64,000 bases of DNA from Promethearchaeota archaeon (GCA_019058245.1 JAHPZJ010000013.1:393166-457165); one strand, 5' to 3'; counted from the first letter of the stretch, positions 40,392 through 49,847 are shown. Made by a program: numbers and translations. The notes: generated by a model from the sequence alone, not told the origin.

Positions 40392-40648
40392 TTTTTATCC
40401 TTAAAATCTTTTATACTTATACTAGAATATTTTGTTCCGCGAGCGTATATGGGATCTGTGGTTTTTGAATATAAAATTAAAGTTACATTCCAAAAGAAAA
40501 ATACAAAAATCGTGAGAATTACAATCAACATTAAAGCAAGGATTAATGGATATCGATTTTTAAAAAAAAGAGTATTAGTAATTTCTTTACGTGATAAACC
40601 CAATTCTTTTCCAATCTTGTAAAGTTGTATAATATTTTTATGGATCAA
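40388..40648 (-). CDS. Small single-TM peptide, tandem copy 3 (putative rSAM substrate/precursor)
   Basis: 86 aa; TTG start; stop overlaps the methyltransferase ATG (ATGA); tail YARGTKYSSISIKDFK. Confidence 0.75.
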   Translation of the reverse strand: MIHKNIIQLYKIGKELGLSRKEITNTLFFKNRYPLILALMLIVILTIFVFFFWNVTLILYSKTTDPIYARGTKYSSISIKDFKDKK

Positions 40649-40674
40649 ATTTAATCATCCATTTTTATCACTCA

Positions 40675-40944
40675 TCATTTAATTTTCTTTTTATCTTTAA
40701 AATCTTTCATACTAATACTAGAATATAAAGTTCCACGAGCGTATATGGGATCTGTGGTTTTTGAATATAAAATTAAAGCTACATTCCAAAAGAAAAATGC
40801 AAAAATCGTGAGAATTACAATCAGCATTAAAGCAAGGATTAATGGATATCGATTTTTAAAAAAAAGAGTATTAGTAATTTCTTTACGTGATAAACCCAAT
40901 TCTTTTCCAATCTTGCAAAGTTGTATAATATTTTTATATATCAA
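40675..40944 (-). CDS. Small single-TM peptide, tandem copy 2
   Basis: 89 aa; TTG start after a G-rich SD; tail YARGTLYSSISMKDFK. Confidence 0.75.
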   Translation of the reverse strand: MIYKNIIQLCKIGKELGLSRKEITNTLFFKNRYPLILALMLIVILTIFAFFFWNVALILYSKTTDPIYARGTLYSSISMKDFKDKKKIK

Positions 40945-40946
40945 AT

Positions 40947-41237
40947 TTAAACGCCCCCTTTTGTATAATATATTAGTTTATTTTTATTTTTAAAATCTTT
41001 TATACCAATACTGGAATAATAAGTTCCTTGAGCATATACTGGTTCTTGAGATTTTGCATAAAAGATTAACATTATATTCCAAAAAACAAGTGCAAAAACC
41101 GAGAGAATTACAATCATTATTAAAACAATTACCAATGAATGTCGATTTTTAAAAAAAAGAGTTCTATTGATTTCTTTGTGTGATAATCCTAATTCTTTTC
41201 CAATCTTATACAATTGAACAATATCTTTCAAAACCAA
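40947..41237 (-). CDS. Small single-TM peptide, tandem copy 1
   Basis: 96 aa; TTG start after a GAGGGA SD; tail YAQGTYYSSIGIKDFK. Confidence 0.75.
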   Translation of the reverse strand: MVLKDIVQLYKIGKELGLSHKEINRTLFFKNRHSLVIVLIMIVILSVFALVFWNIMLIFYAKSQEPVYAQGTYYSSIGIKDFKNKNKLIYYTKGGV

Positions 41238-41256
41238 ATTATTCCCTCTAATTATT

Positions 41257-42381
41257 TCATTTCAATAAAAGTTTTTGATATAGGTATTTATAATTTGAAA
41301 TTTTAGAATCAATCTTCCACCTAAATGGGAAAGATTTATTTTTAAATAATTCATTCTCAATTGCTCTTAAACAATATGGATTATCAGAACTATTTAAAGC
41401 TAACCTTGTACCTAAACATCCAGCTTTACATTTTTTAAACATCTTACATGTAGCACAATAATTTTTTAAGTCTATTTTTTCAGAATATTGAGCATATTTC
41501 AAATCAAATCTATAATTTATGATATTTGAAAGTGTAGTGGTTCTAATATTACCTTCAATAAAATCATCAGGTAAAGTTAAACACCCCTTAATATTACCAT
41601 TGCTTTGAATTCCTAAAACAGATTTACCTGCTTGACAACCAATCCATGGTTCCAATCCTAATTCTGGTAAAAAATTTGAAAAATATCCAAAACAATGAGC
41701 ACCTATTAGGGGCAATTCTTTTATTGAATACTTTTGAAGGCTTGATGCGATAAACATAGCTACTCCATAAAATTCTTTTCGAGAAATCACCAAATCTCTT
41801 GGAAATCTTCCAATCGGTATGGCTATTTGGATTTGCCAGGCAATTTTTCTATTAATTAATAAAGCACGAATTAGTTTCAATTCCTTAAAGTTGAGTTTAC
41901 TAACTGTAGTTATAACACTAACCGGGATGTTTTCTTTTTGGAGTAGTTTTATTGATTCTAATACCTTATAATATGCTCCTTTAATCCCCCTTATATAGTC
42001 ATGTGTTTCAGGAATTGCGCCATCTAAACTCAAAGAAACACATTCTGGTTGTAATTCTTTTAGCTTAGTAAGGTGATTTTTTATCACTAAACCATTAGAA
42101 ACAATAGTAAGTTTCATTTTTTGTTTTTTAATTTCTTGTGCGACTTCATACCAATCATCTCTTAAGAATGGTTCACCACCCATTAATGCAATCCCATCAT
42201 ATCCACAAGATCTTAAATCATTGACTAATAATAATGCTTCTTCTGTACTGAGTTCATTAGAGCGAATTTTGCCGGCTGATGAGCCACAATGAATACATTT
42301 ACTATTGCATTTTAATGTAAATTCCCATACAGCACATTTATGTTTGAAGAAATTGGATAATTGATAATGTAAATTTGACAT
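41257..42381 (-). CDS. Radical SAM/SPASM peptide maturase, PlpX(splicease)/TIGR03913-like
   Basis: AVWEFTLKCNSKCIHCGSSAG, ELSTEEAL, GGEPFLR, AWQIQIAIPIGR, WIGCQAGKSVLGIQSNGNIKGC, CATC..FKKCKAGC, NPYC. Confidence 0.85.
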   Translation of the reverse strand: MSNLHYQLSNFFKHKCAVWEFTLKCNSKCIHCGSSAGKIRSNELSTEEALLLVNDLRSCGYDGIALMGGEPFLRDDWYEVAQEIKKQKMKLTIVSNGLVIKNHLTKLKELQPECVSLSLDGAIPETHDYIRGIKGAYYKVLESIKLLQKENIPVSVITTVSKLNFKELKLIRALLINRKIAWQIQIAIPIGRFPRDLVISRKEFYGVAMFIASSLQKYSIKELPLIGAHCFGYFSNFLPELGLEPWIGCQAGKSVLGIQSNGNIKGCLTLPDDFIEGNIRTTTLSNIINYRFDLKYAQYSEKIDLKNYCATCKMFKKCKAGCLGTRLALNSSDNPYCLRAIENELFKNKSFPFRWKIDSKISNYKYLYQKLLLK

Positions 42382-42562
42382 GAGTTTTTGGATTCCGTAT
42401 TCATGCTATTTTTTATCTTATATTAGTAAATAATCCAAATTGTAGTTTTATATTTTTTTATTAATTTTATTCTAATTTAAATCCTATTAAGTTGATTTTA
42501 GTAACGATTATTCTATTAAAAAAACTTTAAGGTCCACTTATCGAACATTTCATTTCTTTTTT

Positions 42563-43684
42563 TTAAAATAAGATAAAATCACAAGAGGGACATTTCTTTC
42601 TATCTCCTTTTATAATTTTACTACAATTTGGACAAATTTTTATTGAAGGTTTTTTGTTATTTTGTTCACTTTCGATTTGTGCTCTAATTGATAATGCCAT
42701 TGGATCAACAGCTTGAATAATCTTAGGTTTTGTCCTTGCTTCTAACTCATGTAAATAATCTACAATATTTTTCTTTTGAACTTGAGTCTTTTTTGCAATA
42801 GAAGGAATTTTTCCTGCTTGTACGTCATTCACATAACCACTATCAAGTTTTAGAATGTTAAAGCAATTGTGGCATCTGAACACGTTAGAGATTCCTATAT
42901 TAGATGTTTTAGCCCATTGAGACCAACATACCTTATGAGCAACGGTTTCACAGGAAGGACACCTCACTATACCTTCATTACCTTGCTGAAAGCAAATTGA
43001 ACAAGTAACTGTTTCGTTTACTATTTCAGGTTCATCTGCTAAATTAGTATAAAATGGTTGATTATCAGGTAAGATCATTCTTAATCGTTGCTTGATAAAT
43101 GAAGGTTCTGATACATATTTTTTCTCTGAAAGATTAGTTAAAATGGGATTTAACTCTTTAAGTTTAGAAATTTCATGCAAACTCCCATTGCATAATTTTA
43201 CTAGTCTGATTAATTTAGAATGCAATTCTGGATTAGGGTCTCCAACTCTTACGATATCAATAAAAAGAGGCATATCTTTTACAACTTTAATTAGTTCTTC
43301 TATTGGTGGAAGATATTCTGGAGGGATATTATAGGCTCCTTTATCTATTAAAATTATTAATCGAAATATTTTTTCTGAAATTTTTTTATATACCTCAATA
43401 ATAAATGTTATTGCTAAGAATATCCCCCCCGCAATATTTGCATTAGTAATGTGTCCAGCCAATGATTTTAATGTATCAAGAATAATATCTGGATTAAATG
43501 TAAAATGTTCCAAATAATTTGGTCCTTCATTTTTAAATACAATAAGATTAAATCGATCAGATGGATCAATACTTTGTTTATTTTTCATAAATTCTGATAT
43601 TGAATTATAGACCTGACGTAATTTAATTATATTTGGAGTGAAACCATAAAAAATGAGACAATCTTCGCTTTTTGTGGATTCCAT
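42563..43684 (-). CDS. vWA-like domain + C4HC3 (PHD/RING-variant) finger + C-terminal Zn ribbon
   Basis: alpha/beta N-terminal domain; CSIC-x10-CPSC-x4-H-x2-C-x17-CHNC; terminal CPNC...CPSC. Confidence 0.75.
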   Translation of the reverse strand: MESTKSEDCLIFYGFTPNIIKLRQVYNSISEFMKNKQSIDPSDRFNLIVFKNEGPNYLEHFTFNPDIILDTLKSLAGHITNANIAGGIFLAITFIIEVYKKISEKIFRLIILIDKGAYNIPPEYLPPIEELIKVVKDMPLFIDIVRVGDPNPELHSKLIRLVKLCNGSLHEISKLKELNPILTNLSEKKYVSEPSFIKQRLRMILPDNQPFYTNLADEPEIVNETVTCSICFQQGNEGIVRCPSCETVAHKVCWSQWAKTSNIGISNVFRCHNCFNILKLDSGYVNDVQAGKIPSIAKKTQVQKKNIVDYLHELEARTKPKIIQAVDPMALSIRAQIESEQNNKKPSIKICPNCSKIIKGDRKKCPSCDFILF

Positions 43685-43912
43685 TTTAGAATTAAAGATT
43701 TAAATAACAAATAAATATTGAAATACTTAATACAAAAATCGTACAGGAATAATAAGTATATTATTGTTAATAACATTAAAGATTTAGGCAAAAATAATAA
43801 AAACTTTTAAAACAGCACTAACTAATAATATCTTTTAAATAATTGAAAAAAAAATTTGGAGTATTTCCATTTTCCTCCCATTTAAATATAACTATAATCA
43901 AATAAACAATAA

Positions 43913-44989
43913 TTAACGTTTTTTTTTCTTACTTTTCTTTTTTGAACTTTCAGGCTCTTCTTTCTTCGTTTCAATCATTGCCCTTACATCAGATGCGAAT
44001 GGATCTTCAGTTTGTATGACTTGTGGTGTGCTCTGAGCTTCAATTTCTCGTAAATAATCAACTATATCTTTCTTTTTCATCTTATTTAATTCAGCAATTG
44101 TGGGAATTTTACCTGCTTGTACATCATTAATATAATTCTTATCTAATTTTAAGATATTAAAACAATTGTGACAACGATATACATGTGGAATTCCAATATG
44201 AGAGGTTTGTGCCCATTGTGCCCAACATACTTCATGGGCAACTGTTTGACATGATGGACATCTTATGAGCCCTTCATTACCCTGTTGAAAGCAAATTGAA
44301 CAAGTTGAAATATCAGTAACTCTCTCAGGTTCATCAGCTAAATTTATATAAAACATTTGATTTTCCTCTGGTATCCTACGAATTTCTTGCTTGCTAAACG
44401 CGGGTTGTATAATTTTTTTTTTATATGAAAGTTCCATTAGTAGAGGATCTAACTCATCAATACTACTAATCTCATAGAATTCTCCTTTAGTTAAATTCAC
44501 TAATTTATTCAACCTATTACGCTCTTCATAATCTGGTTGCCCTATATATATAACATCAATAAAAAACGGCATATCTTTAACTTTATTAATTAATTCTTCT
44601 AAAGCAGGAAGGTATTGGGATGGAATTGCATATGCACCATCATCTACTATGATTAAAAGACGAAAGATCTTCTCTGAGATTTTTTTATATACTTCTATTA
44701 TAAATGTAGTTGCTACGAATACACCACCAGCGATACTTGCTCTGGAAATATTTTTTTCTACTGATTTTAGCATTGATAAAACTAGGTTTGTGTCAAAAGC
44801 AAAATGATCCAAATAATTTGGACCATCAGGAAGAAATAAAATCAAATTAAACCTGTCTGAAGGATCATTAGCTTGCTTTATTTTCATAAACTCTGAAATT
44901 GAATTATAAAGGTCTTTGAATTTTGTTAATTCTGGAGTTAATCCATAAAAAATCAAGCAATCTTCACTCTTGGAGACTTTAAGAGTCAT
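43913..44989 (-). CDS. vWA-like domain + C4HC3 finger, paralogue with Lys-rich tail
   Basis: Close paralogue of 42563-43684; ends SSKKKSKKKKR. Confidence 0.75.
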   Translation of the reverse strand: MTLKVSKSEDCLIFYGLTPELTKFKDLYNSISEFMKIKQANDPSDRFNLILFLPDGPNYLDHFAFDTNLVLSMLKSVEKNISRASIAGGVFVATTFIIEVYKKISEKIFRLLIIVDDGAYAIPSQYLPALEELINKVKDMPFFIDVIYIGQPDYEERNRLNKLVNLTKGEFYEISSIDELDPLLMELSYKKKIIQPAFSKQEIRRIPEENQMFYINLADEPERVTDISTCSICFQQGNEGLIRCPSCQTVAHEVCWAQWAQTSHIGIPHVYRCHNCFNILKLDKNYINDVQAGKIPTIAELNKMKKKDIVDYLREIEAQSTPQVIQTEDPFASDVRAMIETKKEEPESSKKKSKKKKR

Positions 44990-45306
44990 AAATAAAAAAT
45001 TATAAATTTGATTATTTTTGAAATAAAATCCTTAGTTAATATAAATTTCGTGGGAAAATTAATAAGTTTAAGGAAAATAATACTCTATTCTAGAAAGCGT
45101 TAATCTATTTTATATCTTAATTCCTTTACATCATTTTAACTTTACATTTCATACAACAAATTTTTTATAAAAAAATACTTTTTACCTATTAAGTTAATTA
45201 TAAAACTTAAAATAAAGACGGATATTTTTAAACCATTACTAATCTACAATTATCATACGCTAATGTAAGTGTTATTATCTGTCTCATTGCTAAATGAGGT
45301 AAAAAT

Positions 45307-45564
45307 ATGCAAATATACCGTTTAAAAATAAACAAGAATATCTGTATTGGATGTAATGACTGTGTCGTAAGCTGTCCCTTAAATTTCCAACAGTTAAAGG
45401 ATAAAGGGTATTTAAATCCAGAAAATGCAGTGCTTTTAGTAAGAAATGGAGTGGCTTATGATATTTACGATGAAAGCAGAGATATAAATTGTGATGGATG
45501 TGGTGTATGTCTTAAAAACTGTCCTGTTTCTGCTATTGAATTACAATTAATTGAAGTTAAATGA
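45307..45564 (+). CDS. fwdG: Formylmethanofuran dehydrogenase ferredoxin subunit G-like
   Basis: CIGCNDCVVSCP and CDGCGVCLKNCP, 85 aa, first gene of the fwd operon. Confidence 0.8.
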   Translation: MQIYRLKINKNICIGCNDCVVSCPLNFQQLKDKGYLNPENAVLLVRNGVAYDIYDESRDINCDGCGVCLKNCPVSAIELQLIEVK

Positions 45565-45574
45565 GGTATGAAAA

Positions 45575-46312
45575 ATGTCATTTCCTAAAATTTCAAGATC
45601 AATTAGTAAAGAACTTGAACATGTGAAAGTTCAATTTCTTACTGAAAGTATAGAACTTCTTTTGGATCGAACTAAATGTGTTGGGTGTGGTACTTGTGCT
45701 AGAGTTTGTCCAAAAGAGGCAATTTCACGTGGTCCAGTAGCTGCTGCTCGTCGATTTCCTAATATGGAAGATATTATTCCAGAAATCTATGACCCGAAAA
45801 AGTGTGTTTTTTGTGGTACATGTGTTGTAATGTGCCCTTTTAGTGCTTTAAAGCTAAAAAAAGATGGGGAACTAATAGAATTAAACGATATACAAATTGT
45901 TAAAGAAAAAGTTGTCCCAAAATTAGAATTTGAAGCTAAAAAGATAAAGGATATTGCAGGAATAGAAAGAATAGTCAAACCCTATGCTGACGGTGAAATA
46001 AGCATTGTTGATGAGGAATGTGCTGGTGGATGTGAAGCTTGTGCAGATGTATGCCCCAGTGGAGCTATAACTGTTCCTGAAAAATCGGATAAAGGATGGG
46101 AGACTGTTCCTAATGTTGTTGTTGATCCTGAAAAATGCATATTTTGTGGATCTTGTGATAATGCTTGTCCAACTGGAGCTATCAAATTAAAAATAACTGA
46201 TATTAAAACTTCAGGTGAATTTAGTGAAATGTTTTGGGTACCACTTTTAGAAAGAATAAAAACACTAAGGTGGAGTGAAAAAAAGGAGGAAAAAACTGAT
46301 GAGAATAAATAA
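45575..46312 (+). CDS. fwdF: Polyferredoxin, FwdF-like (4 cluster motifs)
   Basis: Four [4Fe-4S]-type Cys motifs (one with CAGGC spacing); operon context. Confidence 0.75.
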   Translation: MSFPKISRSISKELEHVKVQFLTESIELLLDRTKCVGCGTCARVCPKEAISRGPVAAARRFPNMEDIIPEIYDPKKCVFCGTCVVMCPFSALKLKKDGELIELNDIQIVKEKVVPKLEFEAKKIKDIAGIERIVKPYADGEISIVDEECAGGCEACADVCPSGAITVPEKSDKGWETVPNVVVDPEKCIFCGSCDNACPTGAIKLKITDIKTSGEFSEMFWVPLLERIKTLRWSEKKEEKTDENK

Positions 46313-46694
46313 TTTAATTTTAATAACTTGCCGGACAATTAATCAAGGCGTAGCACTTGAAGGAGGAAAAAATACAATTGAGAATGTTAGAGCTGCTGGT
46401 ATTTGTGCCTTTGATAAAGAGGATTTCAAAAAATTAGACTGTCCTGTTGGAACACCTGTTAAAGTAATTACAGAACACGGAGAAGTTGTAGTATATTCAA
46501 CAATTTCAGAAGAAGGTCCCCATCCAGGAATTATTTTCATACCGATGGGACCATGGGCAAATCAAGTTGTAAATCCGGATTCTCAATCATGTGGTACACC
46601 TACGTATAAAGGGATGAAAGCAAGCGTAGAACCTTTACCAAATGGAAAAGTGTTAAATGCCGTAAATTTAATCAAACTCTTAAAGGTGGCATAA
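46299..46694 (+). CDS. fwdD: Formylmethanofuran dehydrogenase subunit D
   Basis: RTINQG, GIIFIPMGPWANQVV, GTPTYKG; ATG at 46299 after an AGGAGG SD. Confidence 0.9.
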   Translation: MRINNLILITCRTINQGVALEGGKNTIENVRAAGICAFDKEDFKKLDCPVGTPVKVITEHGEVVVYSTISEEGPHPGIIFIPMGPWANQVVNPDSQSCGTPTYKGMKASVEPLPNGKVLNAVNLIKLLKVA

Positions 46695-46696
46695 AT

Positions 46697-48025
46697 ATGG
46701 CCGATAAGAATATAAGAACTGTAACAGATGTAATTTGTCCTTTTTGTGGGACTCTCTGTGATGATTTGGAAGTAGATATTGATAATAAAGAAGAAAAAAT
46801 AGTAGAAGTAAGAAATGGTTGTCAAATCGGAACTAAAAAATATTTTTCTTCTAATCCAAGTGTACATCGGTATGATAAACCACTTATTAAAGATAATGGA
46901 TCTTATAAAGCAATATCATGGGATGAAGCCATAGATAAGGCAGCAGATATATTAATAAAAGCTAAAAGACCCTTACTATATGGATTCTCAAGTACAGAAT
47001 GTGACGCTCAAGGAAAAGGAGTAGAATTAGCTGAACTATTAGGGGGAATTTTAGACAATACAGCATCAGTTTGTCATGGTCCCTCCTTACTTGCGATTCA
47101 AGATGTTGGAGCTCCAACTTCTACTTTAGGGGAATACAAAAATCGAGCGGATTTAGTAGTCTTTTGGGGAAGTAATCCTGTTCATGCTCATCCAAGACAT
47201 CTTGGAAGATATAGTGATTTTATACGTGGATATTTTAGAAAAGACGGCTCAAATGACAGGTTTATTGTAGTTGTAGATCCAAGAAATACTCATACAGCTC
47301 AACTTGCAGATATGTATATACAATTAAATCCTAGTGAAGACTATGAACTGATAAATGCAATTAGGGCAATGTTAAGAGGGGTTGAATTAGAGGGGGATGA
47401 AATCTCAGGAGTTCCAAAAAAGATAATTATAGAATTAGTAAATGCTTTAAAATCTTGTAATTATGGTGTAATCTTTTTCGGTATGGGTTTAACTCAAACT
47501 TTATCTCATCATAGAAATATAGATGCTGCTATTTGTTTAGTGAGGGAATTGAATGATCATACTAAATTTTTATTAACTCCTATGCGTGGACATTATAATG
47601 TTGCGGGGGCAAATCAAGTGTTTACATGGCAAACGGGATATTCCTATTCAATAGATTTTTCTAGAGGCTATCCTCGGTATAATCCTGGAGAATTTTCTTC
47701 TGTTGATTTATTAATGAGGGATGAGATTGATGCTTCTTTGATTGTAGCTTCTGATCCTGCCAGTAATTTTCCAGCGGCAGCCGTGAAAAATATGTTTAAA
47801 TACCCTTTGATTTCTATCGAGCCCCATCATACGCCCACTTCAGTTAATGCGGATATCATACTTCCTCCGGCTATAGCAGGAATAGAATGTGAAGGAACGG
47901 CGTATCGTATGGATAGTGTTCCTTTAAGATTACGAAAAGTTAAGGATGCTCCTGGAGATTGTTTAACAGATAAAGAAATTTTAGAACGATTAGTAGAAGC
48001 TGTAAAAAAGAAAAAAGGGGAATAA
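46697..48025 (+). CDS. fwdB: Formylmethanofuran dehydrogenase subunit B (Cys form)
   Basis: CPFCGTLCDD, ASVCHGPS (TGT Cys), NRADLVVFWGSNP, PMRGHYNVAG, GTAYRMD. Confidence 0.95.
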   Translation: MADKNIRTVTDVICPFCGTLCDDLEVDIDNKEEKIVEVRNGCQIGTKKYFSSNPSVHRYDKPLIKDNGSYKAISWDEAIDKAADILIKAKRPLLYGFSSTECDAQGKGVELAELLGGILDNTASVCHGPSLLAIQDVGAPTSTLGEYKNRADLVVFWGSNPVHAHPRHLGRYSDFIRGYFRKDGSNDRFIVVVDPRNTHTAQLADMYIQLNPSEDYELINAIRAMLRGVELEGDEISGVPKKIIIELVNALKSCNYGVIFFGMGLTQTLSHHRNIDAAICLVRELNDHTKFLLTPMRGHYNVAGANQVFTWQTGYSYSIDFSRGYPRYNPGEFSSVDLLMRDEIDASLIVASDPASNFPAAAVKNMFKYPLISIEPHHTPTSVNADIILPPAIAGIECEGTAYRMDSVPLRLRKVKDAPGDCLTDKEILERLVEAVKKKKGE

Positions 48026-48029
48026 AATA

Positions 48030-48881
48030 ATGGTAGATATCAAATTAAAATTGAAAAAAGCACCAGAATTTCCTTTAGAAGCTGATGTTATAACACCAGA
48101 TCAATTTGCTGGAAAGTCAGCAGCACAAATTAAAAAATTAATAGTGTATCATGGGAATGAAGAAAAAACTTTAGGAGAATTCTTTGATGTCACTGGAAAT
48201 GGAAGTGAAGTTAATGATATTAAAATTATAATCGATGGAGATCTCTCAAATGTAAAACGTATTGGAGAAAAAATGACTGGTGGCGAAATTATTGTAAATG
48301 GGAATGTTGGAATGCATGTAGGGAGTAAAATGTCGGGAGGAAAAATATTAGTAAATGGAAATGCTGATGATTGGGCTGGTGCTATGTTAAATGGTGGAGA
48401 ATTAGAAATAACTGGGAATGCTGGTAATTATGTGGGGGCTGCATACAGAGGATATTGGAAAGGAATGCAAAATGGAGTAATAAAAGTGAAAGGGAAAATC
48501 GGAAATGAAGCTTTATCATGGGTTACTGGATCAAAACCCGGAAATAGATTTCCAACTCTTTTATGTGGCAGTGCTGGTTCATTTTTAGGTGTTCATAGTC
48601 ACGGAGGCACAATTATAGTAGAAGGTGATTGTGATAGATGCATTGGAGCAGATCAAGTAAGGGGGACAATTGTTGTCAAAGGTAAGATAAATAGAATTCT
48701 TCCTTCCTTTAAAAAAATCGGTGAAGTAAAAGAAATTGAATTAATGAATGGAGAAAAAATAAAGGGTAATTTTATTGAATATAGCGGAGATCACTCTGTA
48801 GAAAAAAATCATTCTAAAATTGATAAAAAAACTGGAAATATTTCTAATAGCTCAAACGGTAGATTATATGTAGCCGCTTAA
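48030..48881 (+). CDS. fwdC: Formylmethanofuran dehydrogenase subunit C
   Basis: PLEADVITPD, GXGXG beta-helix repeats, GAAYRG. Confidence 0.93.
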   Translation: MVDIKLKLKKAPEFPLEADVITPDQFAGKSAAQIKKLIVYHGNEEKTLGEFFDVTGNGSEVNDIKIIIDGDLSNVKRIGEKMTGGEIIVNGNVGMHVGSKMSGGKILVNGNADDWAGAMLNGGELEITGNAGNYVGAAYRGYWKGMQNGVIKVKGKIGNEALSWVTGSKPGNRFPTLLCGSAGSFLGVHSHGGTIIVEGDCDRCIGADQVRGTIVVKGKINRILPSFKKIGEVKEIELMNGEKIKGNFIEYSGDHSVEKNHSKIDKKTGNISNSSNGRLYVAA

Positions 48882-49031
48882 TTTATCTTTTTATCTTATA
48901 TATCAAACTTTTTTGACTTATCTATCTTTTAATTTTAGGAGAATTATTTTCTTACTTCATTTTATTTATAGAAAACATTAAATATTATTTAAAAAAATAA
49001 AATTCAATTTAATTAGTTTATATTTTTAACT

Positions 49032-49847
49032 GTGTTCAAAAGAAAAGTAAAAATTTTTAGACTAAAAAGAGATAAGAAAGAAGAAATTGATGATATTGTT
49101 TTATATGAAACCCCAATTGATATATATGTTAACTCTGAAAAAATTGTAAATATCATCTGTTTAGCTAATAATTTAAAAGAACTTTCAGTAGGATTTTTAT
49201 TTTCGGTCGGTATTATTAATTCTATTAATGATATAAAAAATATCAGGCTTAATGAATTAGAAAACACGGTAAAAATCAATCTAAATGATAATATTAAATT
49301 TAGTATTGATCAACTCGAAATTAATCCTATTAGTCGGGTTGTAGATACCACATGTGGAATTTCAACACCATGGCGTGATACAATTAAAAGAAGTTTGGAA
49401 GAAGCTAAAGTTAAAGAAGAGTTAAAATCAAAATCCAATATAAAAATAAAACCAATTACAATTTTTTCAGCAATAAAGGAAATGCAAATATCTACTCCTT
49501 TATATAGAGAAACAGGTGGATGCCATGGTGCTGCTATTTTTGACTTTAACGGAAAACCTTTAAGTGTTAAAGAAGATATTGGACGACACAATGCAATTGA
49601 TAAAGTTATTGGAGATTTACTTATAAAAGAACATGATTTTGAAAATATATTTTTAACTTCCACTGGACGATTAACGGGAGATTCTGTTTTAAAAGCAATT
49701 CGAGCAAAAATTCCCATAGTGGCTTCTATTTCAGCTGCAATTGAATCTGGGATTAAATTAGCTTTTGCTTATGGAATTACATTGATAGGTTTTGCACGAG
49801 GTTCCAGAATGAACATTTATACTCATCCTTATAGAATTGATTTTTAA
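49032..49847 (+). CDS. fdhD: Sulfur-carrier FdhD
   Basis: TTCGI, TGGCHGAA, EDIGRHNAIDK, TGRL, GITLIGFARG. Confidence 0.92.
   Translation: MFKRKVKIFRLKRDKKEEIDDIVLYETPIDIYVNSEKIVNIICLANNLKELSVGFLFSVGIINSINDIKNIRLNELENTVKINLNDNIKFSIDQLEINPISRVVDTTCGISTPWRDTIKRSLEEAKVKEELKSKSNIKIKPITIFSAIKEMQISTPLYRETGGCHGAAIFDFNGKPLSVKEDIGRHNAIDKVIGDLLIKEHDFENIFLTSTGRLTGDSVLKAIRAKIPIVASISAAIESGIKLAFAYGITLIGFARGSRMNIYTHPYRIDF

Larger units (their letters stand above)
40388..41237. repeat. Tandem triplication of a ~293-296 bp gene unit
   Basis: Starts at 40648/40944/41237; copies 2 and 3 differ at about 14 of ~258 nt by manual count. Confidence 0.9.

Noticed and set aside
40362-40993. Plus-strand ORFs 40362-40622 and 40745-40993, which are also repeated
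   Set aside because: Antisense shadows of the triplicated minus-strand genes; the minus strand has SD sites, operon coupling and a conserved third copy.
46697-48025. Possible selenocysteine in FwdB
   Set aside because: The ligand codon is TGT (Cys) and the ORF is uninterrupted.
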